From the NCBI GenBank assembly GCA_008632985.1, contig QPGO01000042.1:1-64000 (forward strand): a DNA stretch of 64,000 nt. Reading direction: 5' to 3'. A program made the position numbers and the translations under genes. The notes below the pieces were generated by a model. The model worked only from the letters and a program-made list of their open reading frames with translations. It searched no databases and was not told the DNA's origin. Shown piece after piece: positions 63,538-64,000 of this stretch (position 1 is the stretch's first letter; each line of letters opens with the position of its first letter). This DNA comes from Psammoneis japonica (lineage: Eukaryota).

Positions 63538-64000
63538 GGCTTTAGGAAACTCACAAACCCTTCTTGTCTTCTTTCTCTCGCCACTGCAAAGAAAACGGCA
63601 AAGGGGACGAATCAAATGATAAAAGTTTGGTGGTTTGGGTGGTCGTGGTCTGTGGATGATGGTCGGCGGTGGCAGTTTGAGGATCACCCGCCCGCGCGAT
63701 GGGATTTCTGCCCGCGCGCGCGCGCGATAAAACCATCGGAACGTCTGTGCGGCCGGCGGGCCCGCGTCGTTCGCAAAAGTAGCTACTCTCTCTACTACTA
63801 GCTCTAGCTAGAGGGCTACCGTACTACATACGGTAGAGTAGAGGCACGCATTGACTTTTTCCTTTTTCCCACACTGCGGTATTCATAGCTACTACTACTC
63901 TCTAGTAGTAGGGCGTAGAGTAGAGTAGATAAAGAGGAACTTCTTGTTGCCACACAACGAGCAGTGAAGAATCCAGCTACCATACGAAGTAGCTACTAAC

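Overview
This is eukaryotic, gene-dense DNA with short GT-AG introns, most likely from a diatom. That call rests on signal peptide + 'AF' plastid-targeting presequences and a CBS-tailed class-29-like myosin. About 17 apparently intact genes are present: the myosin, a DMT transporter, an SSS symporter, a Fuseless-like membrane protein, a GdmH-type guanidine hydrolase, an FMN reductase, a sulfotransferase-like protein, MsrB, DUF3172, a YccV+TPR protein, a LON-N protein, an OS-9-like lectin, CLPTM1, an MFS transporter, a purine GARS-GART-AIRS fusion, a chalcone-isomerase-like protein and bystin. Two repeat-derived islands interrupt them. The first (~15.6-29.75 kb) holds a prolyl oligopeptidase pseudogene split by a ~9.2 kb Plavaka/CMC-like DNA transposon with a 3-bp TSD, plus a CRE-like retroelement remnant. 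The second (~43-49.4 kb) holds a BT1 pseudogene and an unclassified element between two ~177 bp direct repeats. Two signals stand out. (1) There is region-restricted TpA->CpA/TpG hypermutation, the opposite polarity to fungal RIP and partly uncoupled from CpG decay. (2) There is a candidate eukaryotic guanidine-utilisation gene cluster. All homology calls come from motif recognition by eye, not database searches.
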